Below are positions 9,381-19,899 of a stretch of 61,529 nt of DNA, one piece after another. Both the position numbers and the translations under genes were made by a program. This DNA comes from Paludibacteraceae bacterium (GTDB lineage Bacteria; Bacteroidota; Bacteroidia; Bacteroidales; Paludibacteraceae), in the NCBI GenBank assembly GCA_036308065.1, contig JAXJWL010000148.1, forward strand, positions 1 through 61,529, written 5' to 3'. The notes below the pieces were generated by a model, which was not told where the DNA came from, made no database searches, and saw nothing but the letters and a program-made list of their open reading frames with translations. Position 1 is the first letter of the stretch. Every line of letters begins with the position of its first letter.

Positions 9381-10211
9381 ATGACTAGAGAAGAACTTTT
9401 TGAAAACATCAAACGCAAAAGATCATTTCTTTGCGTTGGTTTAGATACAGATATCAATAAAATTCCTGAGCATCTATTCGAAGACGAAGATGCTATGTTT
9501 GCTTTCAACAAAGCTATCATCGATGCTACAGCAGACCTTTGCGTGGCATATAAACCAAACCTTGCTTTCTACGAAAGCCTAGGTATTGCAGGTTGGGAAG
9601 TGCTAGAACGCACAGTAGAATACATCCGTGCAAACTACCCAGACCAATTTATCATTGCTGACGCAAAACGTGGCGATATTGGCAACACATCTGCTATGTA
9701 TGCTCGTTGCTTCTTCGGCAACATGGATTTCGACACAGTAACAGTTGCTCCTTATATGGGTGAAGATAGTGTTTCTCCATTCCTTACCTACCCTGGTAAA
9801 TGGGTTACTCTACTTGCTCTTACATCAAACAAAGGTGCATTCGACTTCCAATTTACAGAAGACAAAGAAACTGGCAAAAAACTATTTGAACAAGTATTAG
9901 AAACTTCTAAAAAATGGGGTAACGAAGACAATATGATGTATGTAGTAGGTGCAACTAAAGCAAATATGCTACAAGACATCAGAGCAATTATCCCAAACAA
10001 TTTCCTACTTGTTCCTGGTGTTGGAGCACAAGGTGGTAGCCTAGAAGCTGTTGCAGAATACGGTATGAACGACCAATGTGGTCTTCTTGTAAACTCTTCT
10101 CGTGCCATCATTTATGCAGATAGCACAGAAAACTTTGCAGAAGCAGCTCGCGCAGAAGCACTAAAAGTGCAACAAGAAATGGATGCGCTTTTAACTAAAA
10201 AAGGAATCTAA
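9381..10211 (+). CDS. pyrF: Orotidine 5'-phosphate decarboxylase (type 2)
   Basis: [10 protein letters not shown] active-site motif. 276 aa fits the long type-2 PyrF. Confidence 0.9.
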   Translation: MTREELFENIKRKRSFLCVGLDTDINKIPEHLFEDEDAMFAFNKAIIDATADLCVAYKPNLAFYESLGIAGWEVLERTVEYIRANYPDQFIIADAKRGDIGNTSAMYARCFFGNMDFDTVTVAPYMGEDSVSPFLTYPGKWVTLLALTSNKGAFDFQFTEDKETGKKLFEQVLETSKKWGNEDNMMYVVGATKANMLQDIRAIIPNNFLLVPGVGAQGGSLEAVAEYGMNDQCGLLVNSSRAIIYADSTENFAEAARAEALKVQQEMDALLTKKGI

Positions 10212-11422
10212 TGAACAAACGAAAAATAGTTAACGACCCTGTATTTGGTTTCATAACGATACCATGCGACCTAATATACGATTTGATGCAACACCCAATG
10301 GTGCATCGTCTTACTCGTATCAAACAATTAGGTCTCACATGCTATGTGTATCCAGGAGCACAACATACCCGTTTCCAACACTCATTGGGAGCACTTTTCC
10401 TAATGACCGAAGCCATAAAAACACTTCAAAACAAAGGAAACGACATCACTCCAGAAGAAGCCGAAGCAGTATACGCAGCTATTTTCCTACACGACGTGGG
10501 GCATGGACCATTCTCTCACACACTTGAGGAATTCTTCTACAAAGACATTTCTCACGAAGATATTGGCATTGCCATTATTGAGAAACTTAACGAGGAATTT
10601 AATGGCAAACTAAGCCTTACAATTGAAATCCTAAAAAACACATATCACAAGAAATTTCTTCACGAACTAGTTTCTGGGCAGTTAGATATGGACCGCCTCG
10701 ACTACCTAAGACGTGATAGTTTCTTCACTGGCGTGAGCGAAGGCAATATTGGCTCTGCCAGAATTATTAAAATGCTAAACATAAAGGACGGCAAACTCGT
10801 GGTGGAAGCCAAGGGTATCTACTCTATTGAAAACTTCCTTATGAGTCGCCGACTTATGTATTGGCAGGTTTATCTGCACAAAACAGCATTTGCAGCAGAA
10901 ATGATGCTTTGCAAAACACTTGAACGTGCTAGATACCTAGTTCAAAAAGGTGAAAATATCTTTGCTTCAGAAAACTTAATGTATTTCCTAAAGCAACAAC
11001 AAGAAAAAATCACCGCAGAAAATTTATCTATTTTCACCACACTAGACGACACAGACATTTGGGTGAGCATGAAAGCATGGGAGCGTCATTCTGATAAAGT
11101 TTTGTCTACTCTAAGCAGTGGCATCATAAATAGAAGTATTTTCAAGTTGGAGATTTCCAACGAGTCTATTCCAGCAGAAGTGCAAAACAAAAAACTAGAA
11201 GAAATTCAAAACAAGTGGAATTTAAGCAGAGAAGATGCAGATTTTCTAGTTGCACAAAAAACTGTTTCAAATCACCTATACAGCAGAGGGGAAATGGGAA
11301 TAGATATTCTTTACAGCGACGGAAGCACAAAGAGTATTTCACAAGCTTCCGACATGTTCAACCTAGATTTACTATCAAAAAAAGTCTCAAAATGTTATTT
11401 TTGTTACGTTAGAGGGCTTTAG
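10211..11422 (+). CDS. HD-domain phosphohydrolase (dNTP triphosphohydrolase-like)
   Basis: RFQHSLGA ... LHDVGHGPFSH HD motifs, 403 aa. Confidence 0.8.
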   Translation: MNKRKIVNDPVFGFITIPCDLIYDLMQHPMVHRLTRIKQLGLTCYVYPGAQHTRFQHSLGALFLMTEAIKTLQNKGNDITPEEAEAVYAAIFLHDVGHGPFSHTLEEFFYKDISHEDIGIAIIEKLNEEFNGKLSLTIEILKNTYHKKFLHELVSGQLDMDRLDYLRRDSFFTGVSEGNIGSARIIKMLNIKDGKLVVEAKGIYSIENFLMSRRLMYWQVYLHKTAFAAEMMLCKTLERARYLVQKGENIFASENLMYFLKQQQEKITAENLSIFTTLDDTDIWVSMKAWERHSDKVLSTLSSGIINRSIFKLEISNESIPAEVQNKKLEEIQNKWNLSREDADFLVAQKTVSNHLYSRGEMGIDILYSDGSTKSISQASDMFNLDLLSKKVSKCYFCYVRGL

Positions 11423-11476
11423 ATTTTGATTTAATAATAAAACTTATTATTTTTACCTAATTTTTAGCAAATAACT

Positions 11477-12523
11477 ATGGAATTTTCAGCTTTACAAATT
11501 GCAACATTATTAGGTGGCACTATTGAGGGCGACCAAAACGTACTTGTAAGCAATTATTCTAAGATAGAAGAAGGCAAACCAGGAACACTTTCATTCCTTG
11601 CAAATCCTAAATACGAGAACTATATTTACGAAACAAATGCTAGTATTGTTCTTGTAAACAACGATTTTAAACCTTCAAAACCAATAAAATCTACCCTTAT
11701 TAGGGTGCCAAACGCATATCTAGCACTAGCAAAACTATTGCAGTTTGCAGAAAAACACAAACCTCGTAAAACAGGTATAGACAAAACTGCTAAGATAGAA
11801 CGTTCGGCTAAAATAGGTAAAAATGTATATATCGGTCCATTCGTTTACATTGGAGAGAATGTGGTGATTGAAGATGGCGTGCAAATTTATTCTCATTCAT
11901 CTGTAAACGATTTTGCAAAAGTTGGAGCTGATACCAAGATTTACAATTCTGTGGTGATTTATCACGAATGCGTAGTAGGTAAAAATTGTATTATCCACGC
12001 AAACACAGTGATTGGTTCTGATGGATTTGGTTTTGCAAAAAATCCAGACGGAAGCTACTTCAAAATGCCACAAAATGGAAATGTTATCATAGAAGATAAT
12101 GTAGAGATAGGTGCTGGCACCACAATCGACCGTGGTAGTATGGGTTCTACTATTTTAAGAAAAGGTGTAAAAATAGACAACCAAATACAAATAGCACACA
12201 ATGTGGAAATAGGCGAAAACTCAGCCATGGCAGCATGCTCAGGTATTGCAGGTTCCACAAAAGTGGGCAAAGACTGTATCATTGCTGGTATGGTTGGTAT
12301 TTCAGGTCACATCCAAATAGCAGACAACACTACAATTGGTGCATTCTCTGGCGTAAGCAACACAATCAAAGAACCAGGACAAATCTACCAAGGTGCAGTG
12401 GCAATTCCTATTATGAAAAACAAACGTTCATTTGCTGTTTATCGCAATCTGCCAGATTTGAGCAAAACAGTTTACGAACTAGAAAAACAAATAAAAGAAC
12501 TAAAAGAGGCGCTAAATAAATGA
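11477..12523 (+). CDS. lpxD: UDP-3-O-acylglucosamine N-acyltransferase
   Basis: Left-handed beta-helix hexapeptide repeats and an LpxD N-terminal domain. It sits immediately upstream of lpxC and lpxA. Confidence 0.88.
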   Translation: MEFSALQIATLLGGTIEGDQNVLVSNYSKIEEGKPGTLSFLANPKYENYIYETNASIVLVNNDFKPSKPIKSTLIRVPNAYLALAKLLQFAEKHKPRKTGIDKTAKIERSAKIGKNVYIGPFVYIGENVVIEDGVQIYSHSSVNDFAKVGADTKIYNSVVIYHECVVGKNCIIHANTVIGSDGFGFAKNPDGSYFKMPQNGNVIIEDNVEIGAGTTIDRGSMGSTILRKGVKIDNQIQIAHNVEIGENSAMAACSGIAGSTKVGKDCIIAGMVGISGHIQIADNTTIGAFSGVSNTIKEPGQIYQGAVAIPIMKNKRSFAVYRNLPDLSKTVYELEKQIKELKEALNK

Positions 12524-13422
12524 GTAAACAATTTACCATAAATGAGTCCTTTTCACTTTCAGGGAAAGGTCTTCACACAGGGTTAAACATTGAAGCAAAA
12601 TTTCTTCCTGCAGCAGAAAACACAGGAATAGTATTTAAAAGAGTAGACCTAGAAGGTGCTCCAGAAATTCCTGCCCTAGCCACTTACGTTTCTGCGACAG
12701 AAAGAGGAACAGTACTAAAAAAAGACAATGCTTCAGTGAGCACTATAGAGCATATTATGTCTGCGTTTATGGCGCACGGCATCGACAACTGCGTCATAGA
12801 AATAAACGCACCTGAAGTGCCTATCCTAGACGGCAGTGCAAAATTTGTGGTAGAAGCACTCAACAAAGTAGGCAAAAAAGAACAAAATGCTGAAAGAAAA
12901 TTCTTTGAAGTAAACGAAGAAATGACTTTCACCAATGGCAACACCACCATTAAACTTCTTCCTGCCGACGATTTCTGCGCAGAAGTTACTATCGACTTCA
13001 ACTCTCCTATTCTAAAAAAACAAACAGCAAGCATTTGCGGATTTACAAACTACGACAAAGAAATTTCATCTGCTCGTACATTTGTTTTCGTGAGAGAAAT
13101 AGCGCTTCTTCTTCAACACAACCTTATTAAAGGTGGAGACTTAGACAACGCCATTGTTATCTACGACCAACCACTTACCAAAGAAGCAATCACAGATATT
13201 TGCAATAAAATAAATGTGCCTGTAATCGAAGTAGAAGATTTAGGTTATTTAAATCACAGACCTCTAGAATGGGAAAACGAACCTGCTAGACACAAACTTC
13301 TAGACCTTATTGGCGACCTTTCACTTATTGGTCTTCCTATTAAAGGTAAAATAGTAGCAGAAAAACCTGGTCACGGATACAACACATTCGTGGCACAAGA
13401 AATTTTAAAACTTATAAAATAA
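12520..13422 (+). CDS. lpxC: UDP-3-O-acyl-N-acetylglucosamine deacetylase (stand-alone, no FabZ domain)
   Basis: An LpxC fold sequence that ends [20 protein letters not shown] at 300 aa. It overlaps the lpxD stop by 4 nt. Confidence 0.88.
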   Translation: MSKQFTINESFSLSGKGLHTGLNIEAKFLPAAENTGIVFKRVDLEGAPEIPALATYVSATERGTVLKKDNASVSTIEHIMSAFMAHGIDNCVIEINAPEVPILDGSAKFVVEALNKVGKKEQNAERKFFEVNEEMTFTNGNTTIKLLPADDFCAEVTIDFNSPILKKQTASICGFTNYDKEISSARTFVFVREIALLLQHNLIKGGDLDNAIVIYDQPLTKEAITDICNKINVPVIEVEDLGYLNHRPLEWENEPARHKLLDLIGDLSLIGLPIKGKIVAEKPGHGYNTFVAQEILKLIK

Positions 13423-13428
13423 TATAAT

Positions 13429-14196
13429 ATGATTTCAGAACAAGCATTCGTACATCCTAATGCAGAGATAGGCAAAAATGTAACTATCGATGCTTTTGCA
13501 TACATTGATGAAAATGTAGTTATAGGAGACGGCACACATATCTATCCTCATGCCACAGTGCTTTCTGGTGCTAGAATAGGTAAAAACTGTAATATCTTCC
13601 CTGGAGCAGTTATCTCTGCTATTCCACAAGATTTAAAATTTGTGGGAGAAGAAACTACAGCAGTTATCGGAGATAATACTACCATTCGCGAAAGCGCTAC
13701 AGTAAACAGAGGCACTGCATCTAAAGGCACTACCATCGTAGGAAGTCACTGTCTAATTATGGCTTACGCTCACGTGGCTCACGACTGTAAACTTGGCGAC
13801 AGAATTATTTTAGGTAATGCTACCCAACTAGCAGGCGAAGTTGTTGTAGACGATTGGGCTATTATTAGTGGCGGTACACTAGTACACCAATTCTGCCATC
13901 TAGGTGCACACATTATGGTACAAGGCGGAAGTAAAATCACCAAAGACATTCCTCCATACATGATGGTAGGTAGAGAACCACTTGGATACATGGGTCTAAA
14001 CATTGTAGGACTTCGTCGTAGAGGTTTCATCGCAGAACAAATGAACGCAATCCAAGAAAGTTATCGTTATGTTTACCTTTCTGGTCTAAACACCACACAA
14101 GCCCTAGAAGCAATTGAAAAGAACATTCCAGAAAGCAAAGAGAGAGAAGATATTTTATCATTTATAAAAAGTTCAGAACGCGGTATAATTAAATAA
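13429..14196 (+). CDS. lpxA: Acyl-ACP--UDP-N-acetylglucosamine O-acyltransferase
   Basis: Hexapeptide repeats with an LpxA C-terminal helical domain, 255 aa. Confidence 0.9.
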   Translation: MISEQAFVHPNAEIGKNVTIDAFAYIDENVVIGDGTHIYPHATVLSGARIGKNCNIFPGAVISAIPQDLKFVGEETTAVIGDNTTIRESATVNRGTASKGTTIVGSHCLIMAYAHVAHDCKLGDRIILGNATQLAGEVVVDDWAIISGGTLVHQFCHLGAHIMVQGGSKITKDIPPYMMVGREPLGYMGLNIVGLRRRGFIAEQMNAIQESYRYVYLSGLNTTQALEAIEKNIPESKEREDILSFIKSSERGIIK

Positions 14197-14198
14197 TT

Positions 14199-15869
14199 AT
14201 GGAAAACGAAGTAAAAAAATCGTTGAATTTCATTGAAGAAATTGTAGAGAAAGACCTACAAGAGGGTAAAAACGACGGACGTATTCAAACTCGTTTCCCA
14301 CCAGAACCAAACGGTTACCTACACATTGGACACGCAAAAGCCATCTTTATGGACTTTGGTATTGCTCAAAAATACAATGGTATTTGCAACCTACGTTTCG
14401 ACGATACCAACCCAACAAAAGAAGATGTTGAATATGTAGATTCTATCCAAGAAGACATCAACTGGCTTGGTTTTAAATGGGCAAATGTTTATTATGCTTC
14501 AGACTATTTTCAGCAACTTTGGGACCTTGCAGTAAAACTTATTAAAGACGGCAAGGCTTATATCGACGAACAAAGCGCAGAAGAAATTGCAAAACAAAAA
14601 GGTACTCCTACCACTCCAGGTACAGAGAGCCCATATAGAAACAGACCAGTAGAAGAAAACCTGGAACTTTTCCAAAAAATGAATACTGGCGAGATAGCAG
14701 ACGGTGCAATGGTGCTTCGTGCCAAAATAGATATGGCATCACCAAATATGCACTTCCGCGACCCTATTATGTATCGTGTTATCACCACTCACCCACACCA
14801 CCGTACTGGCACTGAGTGGAAAGCATATCCAATGTACGACTTCGCTCACGGTCAATCAGACTATTTCGAAGGCGTTACCCACTCTATTTGTACACTAGAG
14901 TTTGTGGTTCACCGTCCACTATACGATTGGTTCATCGACCAATTTGCAGACACCGACTACAGACCTCACCAATACGAGTTCAACCGCTTAAACATTAGCT
15001 ACACAGTAATGAGTAAGCGTAAAATGCTTCAACTAGTACAAGAAGGATTGGTAGCAGGTTGGGACGACCCTCGTATGCCTACTATTTGCGGTCTACGTCG
15101 TAGAGGTTATACACCAGAGGCAATCGCAGACTTCATCGACCGCATCGGTTATACCAAAGTAGATGGTATGATAGACGTGTCTCTTCTAGAACACTCTATT
15201 CGTGAAGACTTAAAACCAAAAGCACACCGTGTAAGCGCTATTTTCGACCCTGTGAAACTTGTTATAACAAACTATCCAGAAGGCGAAAAAGAATATATGG
15301 TTACAGAAAACAACCCAGACTGCGAAACAGCAGGTACTCGTGAAATGCCATTCTCTCGCGAAATCTTCATTGAAAGAGGCGACTTTATGGAAGATGCTCC
15401 AAAAGATTTCTTCCGTTTAACCCCTGGTGGCAGAGAAGTGCGACTTAAAGGTGCATACATTATTCAATGTACTGGTTGCGAAAAAGATGCAGAAGGCAAT
15501 GTAACCACTGTTTACTGTACATACGACCCAGACACTAAGAGTGGCACAGAAGGTAGCAAACGTAAAGTGAAGAGTACAATCAACTGGTTAGACAAAGATG
15601 GCTATATCGAAGCAGAAGTGCGACTATACGACCGTTTGTTCAAAGTTGAAGACCCAGCATCTTACGACGGCGACTTCCACGACCTACTAAACGAAAACTC
15701 ACTAGAAGTGAAAACAGCCCTAGTTGAAAAACACCTAGATGGTGCAAAACCAGGCGACCACTTCCAATTCCTAAAAGTAGGTTACTTCACCGTAGACAAA
15801 GACTCTACCGCTGATAAACTAATTCTTAACAGAACAGTATCTCTAAAAGATAATTGGAGTAAGAAGTAA
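14199..15869 (+). CDS. glnS: Glutamine--tRNA ligase
   Basis: HIGH (YLHIGHAK) and KMSKS-like (VMSKR) motifs, 556 aa. Confidence 0.92.
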   Translation: MENEVKKSLNFIEEIVEKDLQEGKNDGRIQTRFPPEPNGYLHIGHAKAIFMDFGIAQKYNGICNLRFDDTNPTKEDVEYVDSIQEDINWLGFKWANVYYASDYFQQLWDLAVKLIKDGKAYIDEQSAEEIAKQKGTPTTPGTESPYRNRPVEENLELFQKMNTGEIADGAMVLRAKIDMASPNMHFRDPIMYRVITTHPHHRTGTEWKAYPMYDFAHGQSDYFEGVTHSICTLEFVVHRPLYDWFIDQFADTDYRPHQYEFNRLNISYTVMSKRKMLQLVQEGLVAGWDDPRMPTICGLRRRGYTPEAIADFIDRIGYTKVDGMIDVSLLEHSIREDLKPKAHRVSAIFDPVKLVITNYPEGEKEYMVTENNPDCETAGTREMPFSREIFIERGDFMEDAPKDFFRLTPGGREVRLKGAYIIQCTGCEKDAEGNVTTVYCTYDPDTKSGTEGSKRKVKSTINWLDKDGYIEAEVRLYDRLFKVEDPASYDGDFHDLLNENSLEVKTALVEKHLDGAKPGDHFQFLKVGYFTVDKDSTADKLILNRTVSLKDNWSKK

Positions 15870-15882
15870 ATTTAAATAACAG

Positions 15883-15906
15883 AAAAGAGGCATCAAAGCC
15901 TCTTTT
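15883..15906. terminator. Bidirectional intrinsic terminator between convergent glnS and the R-M operon
   Basis: 9-bp stem AAAAGAGGC / GCCTCTTTT with a 6-nt loop, flanked by A and T runs. Confidence 0.75.
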
Positions 15907-15921
15907 CTTCTTTTTACAATA

Positions 15922-16617
15922 TCACATCATAAATCTCTCCAATTTATTCTTCCATCTTTCCCAATCCGGCATTTCCTTTTGCAATAGTTCCCAAAAAGCT
16001 TTTGTATGATTAGGATGTACTAAATGACATAGTTCGTGAGTTATCACATACTCTATACACGGACGTGGTGCCATTATAAGCCTTGTATTGAGTATTATTT
16101 TTCCATTAGGAGTACAACTCCCCCAGCGGTTTTTCATTTCAAGAATGCACACAGAAGATGGTATCACTTCATATTTTGCAAACTTCTCTATAATAGGTTG
16201 TGCATACTCTAAAAATTTTTCGTTTGCACGCACCTTATACCATTGCTTCATTAAGTCTCTAACGTTATTTTTAGACGTGCATACCACCTCAAAAAATCTT
16301 CCCTTATACTTCACACTATTGTAATTACCTTCCTCCACTTTAAGAAGAAATTGGCGACCTAAATAATAATGAGATTCACCACTAATGTACCTTTTCTCTG
16401 GCATTGCAGGTCCTAATTCACTAAAAAATTGCAATTGGCGCCATATCCATCTTAAACGTTTTTGCAACTTAACATCTATTACATCGCTCTGCGTTCCAAT
16501 AGGTGCCAATACCTCAACATTTCCTGTAGGATATACCTTTATACCAAGTGTCTTTCTATCAGAAAAAATCACTTTATAAGGTATTATATTTGCTCCAAAA
16601 TTCAATCTACCCTCCAT
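15922..16617 (-). CDS. M48/DUF45 (YgjP-like) zinc metallopeptidase, last gene of the Type I R-M operon
   Basis: HExxH motif (ITHELCHLVHPNH), 231 aa. Its ATG overlaps the hsdR stop (TAATG). Confidence 0.8.
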   Translation of the reverse strand: MEGRLNFGANIIPYKVIFSDRKTLGIKVYPTGNVEVLAPIGTQSDVIDVKLQKRLRWIWRQLQFFSELGPAMPEKRYISGESHYYLGRQFLLKVEEGNYNSVKYKGRFFEVVCTSKNNVRDLMKQWYKVRANEKFLEYAQPIIEKFAKYEVIPSSVCILEMKNRWGSCTPNGKIILNTRLIMAPRPCIEYVITHELCHLVHPNHTKAFWELLQKEMPDWERWKNKLERFMM

Positions 16618-19600
16618 TACTTATACCACTTTTTAGCTACCTCAACACAATTATCAATAATAGAATCCATATTATCAAAGGTTATTGGAAGGCCCTTTTC
16701 TCGCTTTATTTCATCTATTAAATAATCTTCAATATTAAGTTTTATCTCAGAAATTACTTTGTCTTTAAAGGTCCAATCTACCATTACTTTTTCATCTATA
16801 AAAATAGAAGACTTAATAATTTTATCTATTTCGTTAGCAGTAACTAAAGCCAACTCTACCTCATTAAACGAAGAATTATTTTTACAAACCTGTTTATAAA
16901 CCTCTAAAGTAAGACCATAATATGCTTTTGCTGCAGGATTGTCTTGTAACGATTCAGGTATTTCACTATCGGTGTGACTCAATACCTTATGCATTATATT
17001 CTCTGCTTTTTGTAGATATTCTGCCTCTGTGATACGACCTTGCCTATATTCCTCAATAGTCTCTTGTAACATTTTAGAAAACTTCTTAAAGAAAGCAGGG
17101 TCGGTATCTAATACTTCTGAAATGTATTTGGTAGTACGAGATGCAATAGTATCAGCTTTTGCAGCCTTCCCAACAACCTTTTCTACCTCTTCTGCAAAAA
17201 GTTCTTTATCAAAGATATTAACCAAGTTTGTTATAATCTCAACATCACCACTTTCTATATGCGTATCTATCAGCTTTTGTATCTGCCCCTCATATTGACT
17301 ATAGTTCACCGTATCTGAATAACGTTCTTGCACAGCTTTTCTCAATCGTAAGAACATCTTCAAATCTTCTTTGTAGTGATTTATTATTTCTATAGGAGTT
17401 GATTTATAAAAATCTATAGATGCAAGAGAAATTTTCAATGTTTTTGCAAAGGCTGTTAGTTTGTCATAAAACTCTGATCTTATATTTTCTTCTCGCAATA
17501 TTTCACCCAGAGACTCTAAATCTTGCTTATTTTTGGCAGTTTTTAGTATATCCCAAACATCACTATGGCGTTGAGGCAATTTAGCAACTTCAAGTGCTAT
17601 ATTTGAATATATTCCAACCACATCCTCTTCGTCGAAGTCTGAATAAATATCCAATGCCTCATTTAAGTTGGCAAAGACGCCATAATAATCAATAATATAA
17701 CCAAACTCCTTGTCATCACATACTCTATTAACACGGGCTATTGCTTGCAATAAGGTATGTTCTCTTAATTTTCTATCAAGGTATAATACTGTATTTTTAG
17801 GTTCATCAAAGCCAGTTAATAATTTATCTACAACAATTATTATCTCTGGACTTTCTCCATTTTTAAAACGGTTTATTATATTTTGCTCATACTTAGTAGC
17901 CGTTCCATGTTCATCCATCATACGCTTCCAGAAAGCTACTTCAGCATTCGAGGTTTCTCCGTATGCATCATCTTCACCTTCGCGAGTATCTGGTGATGTA
18001 ATCAATACTTCAGAAGATACAATCCCAATCTCGTCTAAATATTTTTTATACAAAATCGCTATGCGCTTGCGAGGTGCTACCAATTGACCTTTAAACTTAG
18101 AGCCTTGCCAATTGTCACGAAAATGTTGCGATATATCCCATGCAATTGCATAGATTCGTTGCTCCGTTTGGTTTATTTGATCCGCCCTACTAAATTTCTT
18201 TTTTAAATCGGCGCGTTGAGCATCTGTCATCCAATCGCAAATCCGTTCAAAATAACGGTCAATAGAGTCTGCATGTACTTTTTGTGGAACCATTCTGCCT
18301 TCATATAATAAAGGTACGACCGCTCCGTCTTTTACTGCCTGATCAACAGTATAAATAGGCTTAATAATACCTCCAAATCTTGCTGCGGTACTTTTCTCTT
18401 TCTTCATAAGTGGGGTACCCGTCATGGCAATAAAGCAAGCATTGGGCAAGGTCCTTTCCATTTTTATAGCCATTTCACCATACTGGCTTCTATGACCCTC
18501 GTCTATCAAAACAAATATATTCGCATCTGTCAATGGTGCTTTCATCCTATTAACAGCTGCATCAAATTTATTTATTATAGTAGTAATAATAGTAGAACGA
18601 TTACTTTCTAATAATTTCACTAAATTGCTACCTGTTGTAGCATTTTCTACTTGAACCTGACACTTCTTAAATGTTGCAGTTATTTGTCTATCTAAATCGG
18701 TACGGTCTGTTACTAGTATAATACGTGGATTCTTAATGCTCTTGTCTAAGATGATAGCCTGTGCCAATAGTACCATCGTTAGTGATTTCCCCGAACCTTG
18801 CGTATGCCAAATCACTCCTCCTCTACGTTTTCCACCCTCAATATTGCGCACACGTTCCATTACTTTTTCTACCGCAAAAAACTGTTGGTATCTTGCAATT
18901 TTCTTTACTCCATCATCAAACAACGTAAAACGATACATTAGTTGAAGTAAGCGTTCTGGTCGGCATAAATTATACAAATAAGCATCTTGAACAGACGGAA
19001 TTTTAGGTAAACCATATTGTTCTCCCTCTTCTGCTACCATCATATAACTGGATTCACTAGAATATGTTCTCTGATTTACCTTTTCCGACAATTTATAACG
19101 ATATAGTTCCTCTGCCGTTTTATCTACAAACTGCTCTACCCACTTGTTCCAAAACTTTTTAGGGGTTGCTGTGGTTGCATAGCTCACGTCGTTCACATTG
19201 GTAGCCAACAAAAGGGTGGAATACACGTATAAAGCACGAATTCCGTCTTCCTTTTGGTTTCGTAAATGTTGTGAAATAGCTTGGTCCAATGAATCTGTTA
19301 TATCAGGTCTTTTACATTCTATTACACACAATGGAATGCCATTTACAAACAAAACAATATCTGGACGATATGTTTCACTCATACCAGCTCTGCTTACTGC
19401 ATACTCCTCTGTTACATGAAATACATTATTTTCAATATTATTCCAATCTATATACTGCATCACATAACTCTTCTTATCTCCATCTACAATTTGTTCTACC
19501 GTTTTCCCTGCAGTTAAAAGGTCGTAGGCCGATTGAGCAGCAGTAATATAACCCTCCGACATAGGCAAGTTTTTCAGAGCATCTACACCTGACGCAATGT

Positions 19601-19817
19601 TTTGTTCAGAAAACAATGTTGTGCGCCAACTACTCACTTGTACTGTATTTATTTTTGCCAATTGTTTACGCAATACAGCTTCCAATAATACATTACTAGT
19701 ATTACCTCCACGTAGTTCCATTGCCTCATCTGGCGATAGATACGTATAACCAAGCTTTTTTAGCATATTTAAAGCTGGTATTTGGCTTATATGGTTTTCT
19801 TTAAATGAGAGGGTCAT
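16617..19817 (-). CDS. hsdR: Type I restriction enzyme R subunit (endonuclease/translocase)
   Basis: PD-(D/E)xK-like nuclease region (RPDIVLFVNGIPLCVIECKRP), helicase motif I (TQGSGKS) and motif II (LIDEGHRSQ), 1066 aa. Confidence 0.93.
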   Translation of the reverse strand: MTLSFKENHISQIPALNMLKKLGYTYLSPDEAMELRGGNTSNVLLEAVLRKQLAKINTVQVSSWRTTLFSEQNIASGVDALKNLPMSEGYITAAQSAYDLLTAGKTVEQIVDGDKKSYVMQYIDWNNIENNVFHVTEEYAVSRAGMSETYRPDIVLFVNGIPLCVIECKRPDITDSLDQAISQHLRNQKEDGIRALYVYSTLLLATNVNDVSYATTATPKKFWNKWVEQFVDKTAEELYRYKLSEKVNQRTYSSESSYMMVAEEGEQYGLPKIPSVQDAYLYNLCRPERLLQLMYRFTLFDDGVKKIARYQQFFAVEKVMERVRNIEGGKRRGGVIWHTQGSGKSLTMVLLAQAIILDKSIKNPRIILVTDRTDLDRQITATFKKCQVQVENATTGSNLVKLLESNRSTIITTIINKFDAAVNRMKAPLTDANIFVLIDEGHRSQYGEMAIKMERTLPNACFIAMTGTPLMKKEKSTAARFGGIIKPIYTVDQAVKDGAVVPLLYEGRMVPQKVHADSIDRYFERICDWMTDAQRADLKKKFSRADQINQTEQRIYAIAWDISQHFRDNWQGSKFKGQLVAPRKRIAILYKKYLDEIGIVSSEVLITSPDTREGEDDAYGETSNAEVAFWKRMMDEHGTATKYEQNIINRFKNGESPEIIIVVDKLLTGFDEPKNTVLYLDRKLREHTLLQAIARVNRVCDDKEFGYIIDYYGVFANLNEALDIYSDFDEEDVVGIYSNIALEVAKLPQRHSDVWDILKTAKNKQDLESLGEILREENIRSEFYDKLTAFAKTLKISLASIDFYKSTPIEIINHYKEDLKMFLRLRKAVQERYSDTVNYSQYEGQIQKLIDTHIESGDVEIITNLVNIFDKELFAEEVEKVVGKAAKADTIASRTTKYISEVLDTDPAFFKKFSKMLQETIEEYRQGRITEAEYLQKAENIMHKVLSHTDSEIPESLQDNPAAKAYYGLTLEVYKQVCKNNSSFNEVELALVTANEIDKIIKSSIFIDEKVMVDWTFKDKVISEIKLNIEDYLIDEIKREKGLPITFDNMDSIIDNCVEVAKKWYK

Positions 19818-19850
19818 AGTGATTATTATTTAGGTTTTTGTAAGATCACT

Positions 19851-19889
19851 TTCCTGACGTCAGGAAGATGAACATGTTCCTGACGTCAG
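19851..19889. promoter_or_regulatory. Two TGACGTCA-centred dyad sites in the hsdS-hsdR intergenic spacer
   Basis: A 16-bp perfect palindrome TTCCTGACGTCAGGAA lies at 19851-19866. A second copy TTCCTGACGTCAG (10-bp palindrome core) lies at 19877-19889. Their centres are 26 bp apart. Confidence 0.6.
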
Positions 19890-19899
19890 CAATATGATA

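Noticed and set aside
10264-10527. 87-aa +2-frame ORF inside the HD-domain gene, and the 65-aa ORF at 11215-11412
   Set aside because: Their translations are Arg/Ser-rich, as is typical of off-frame reading of an AT-rich gene. Both lie fully inside a CDS that has HD motifs.
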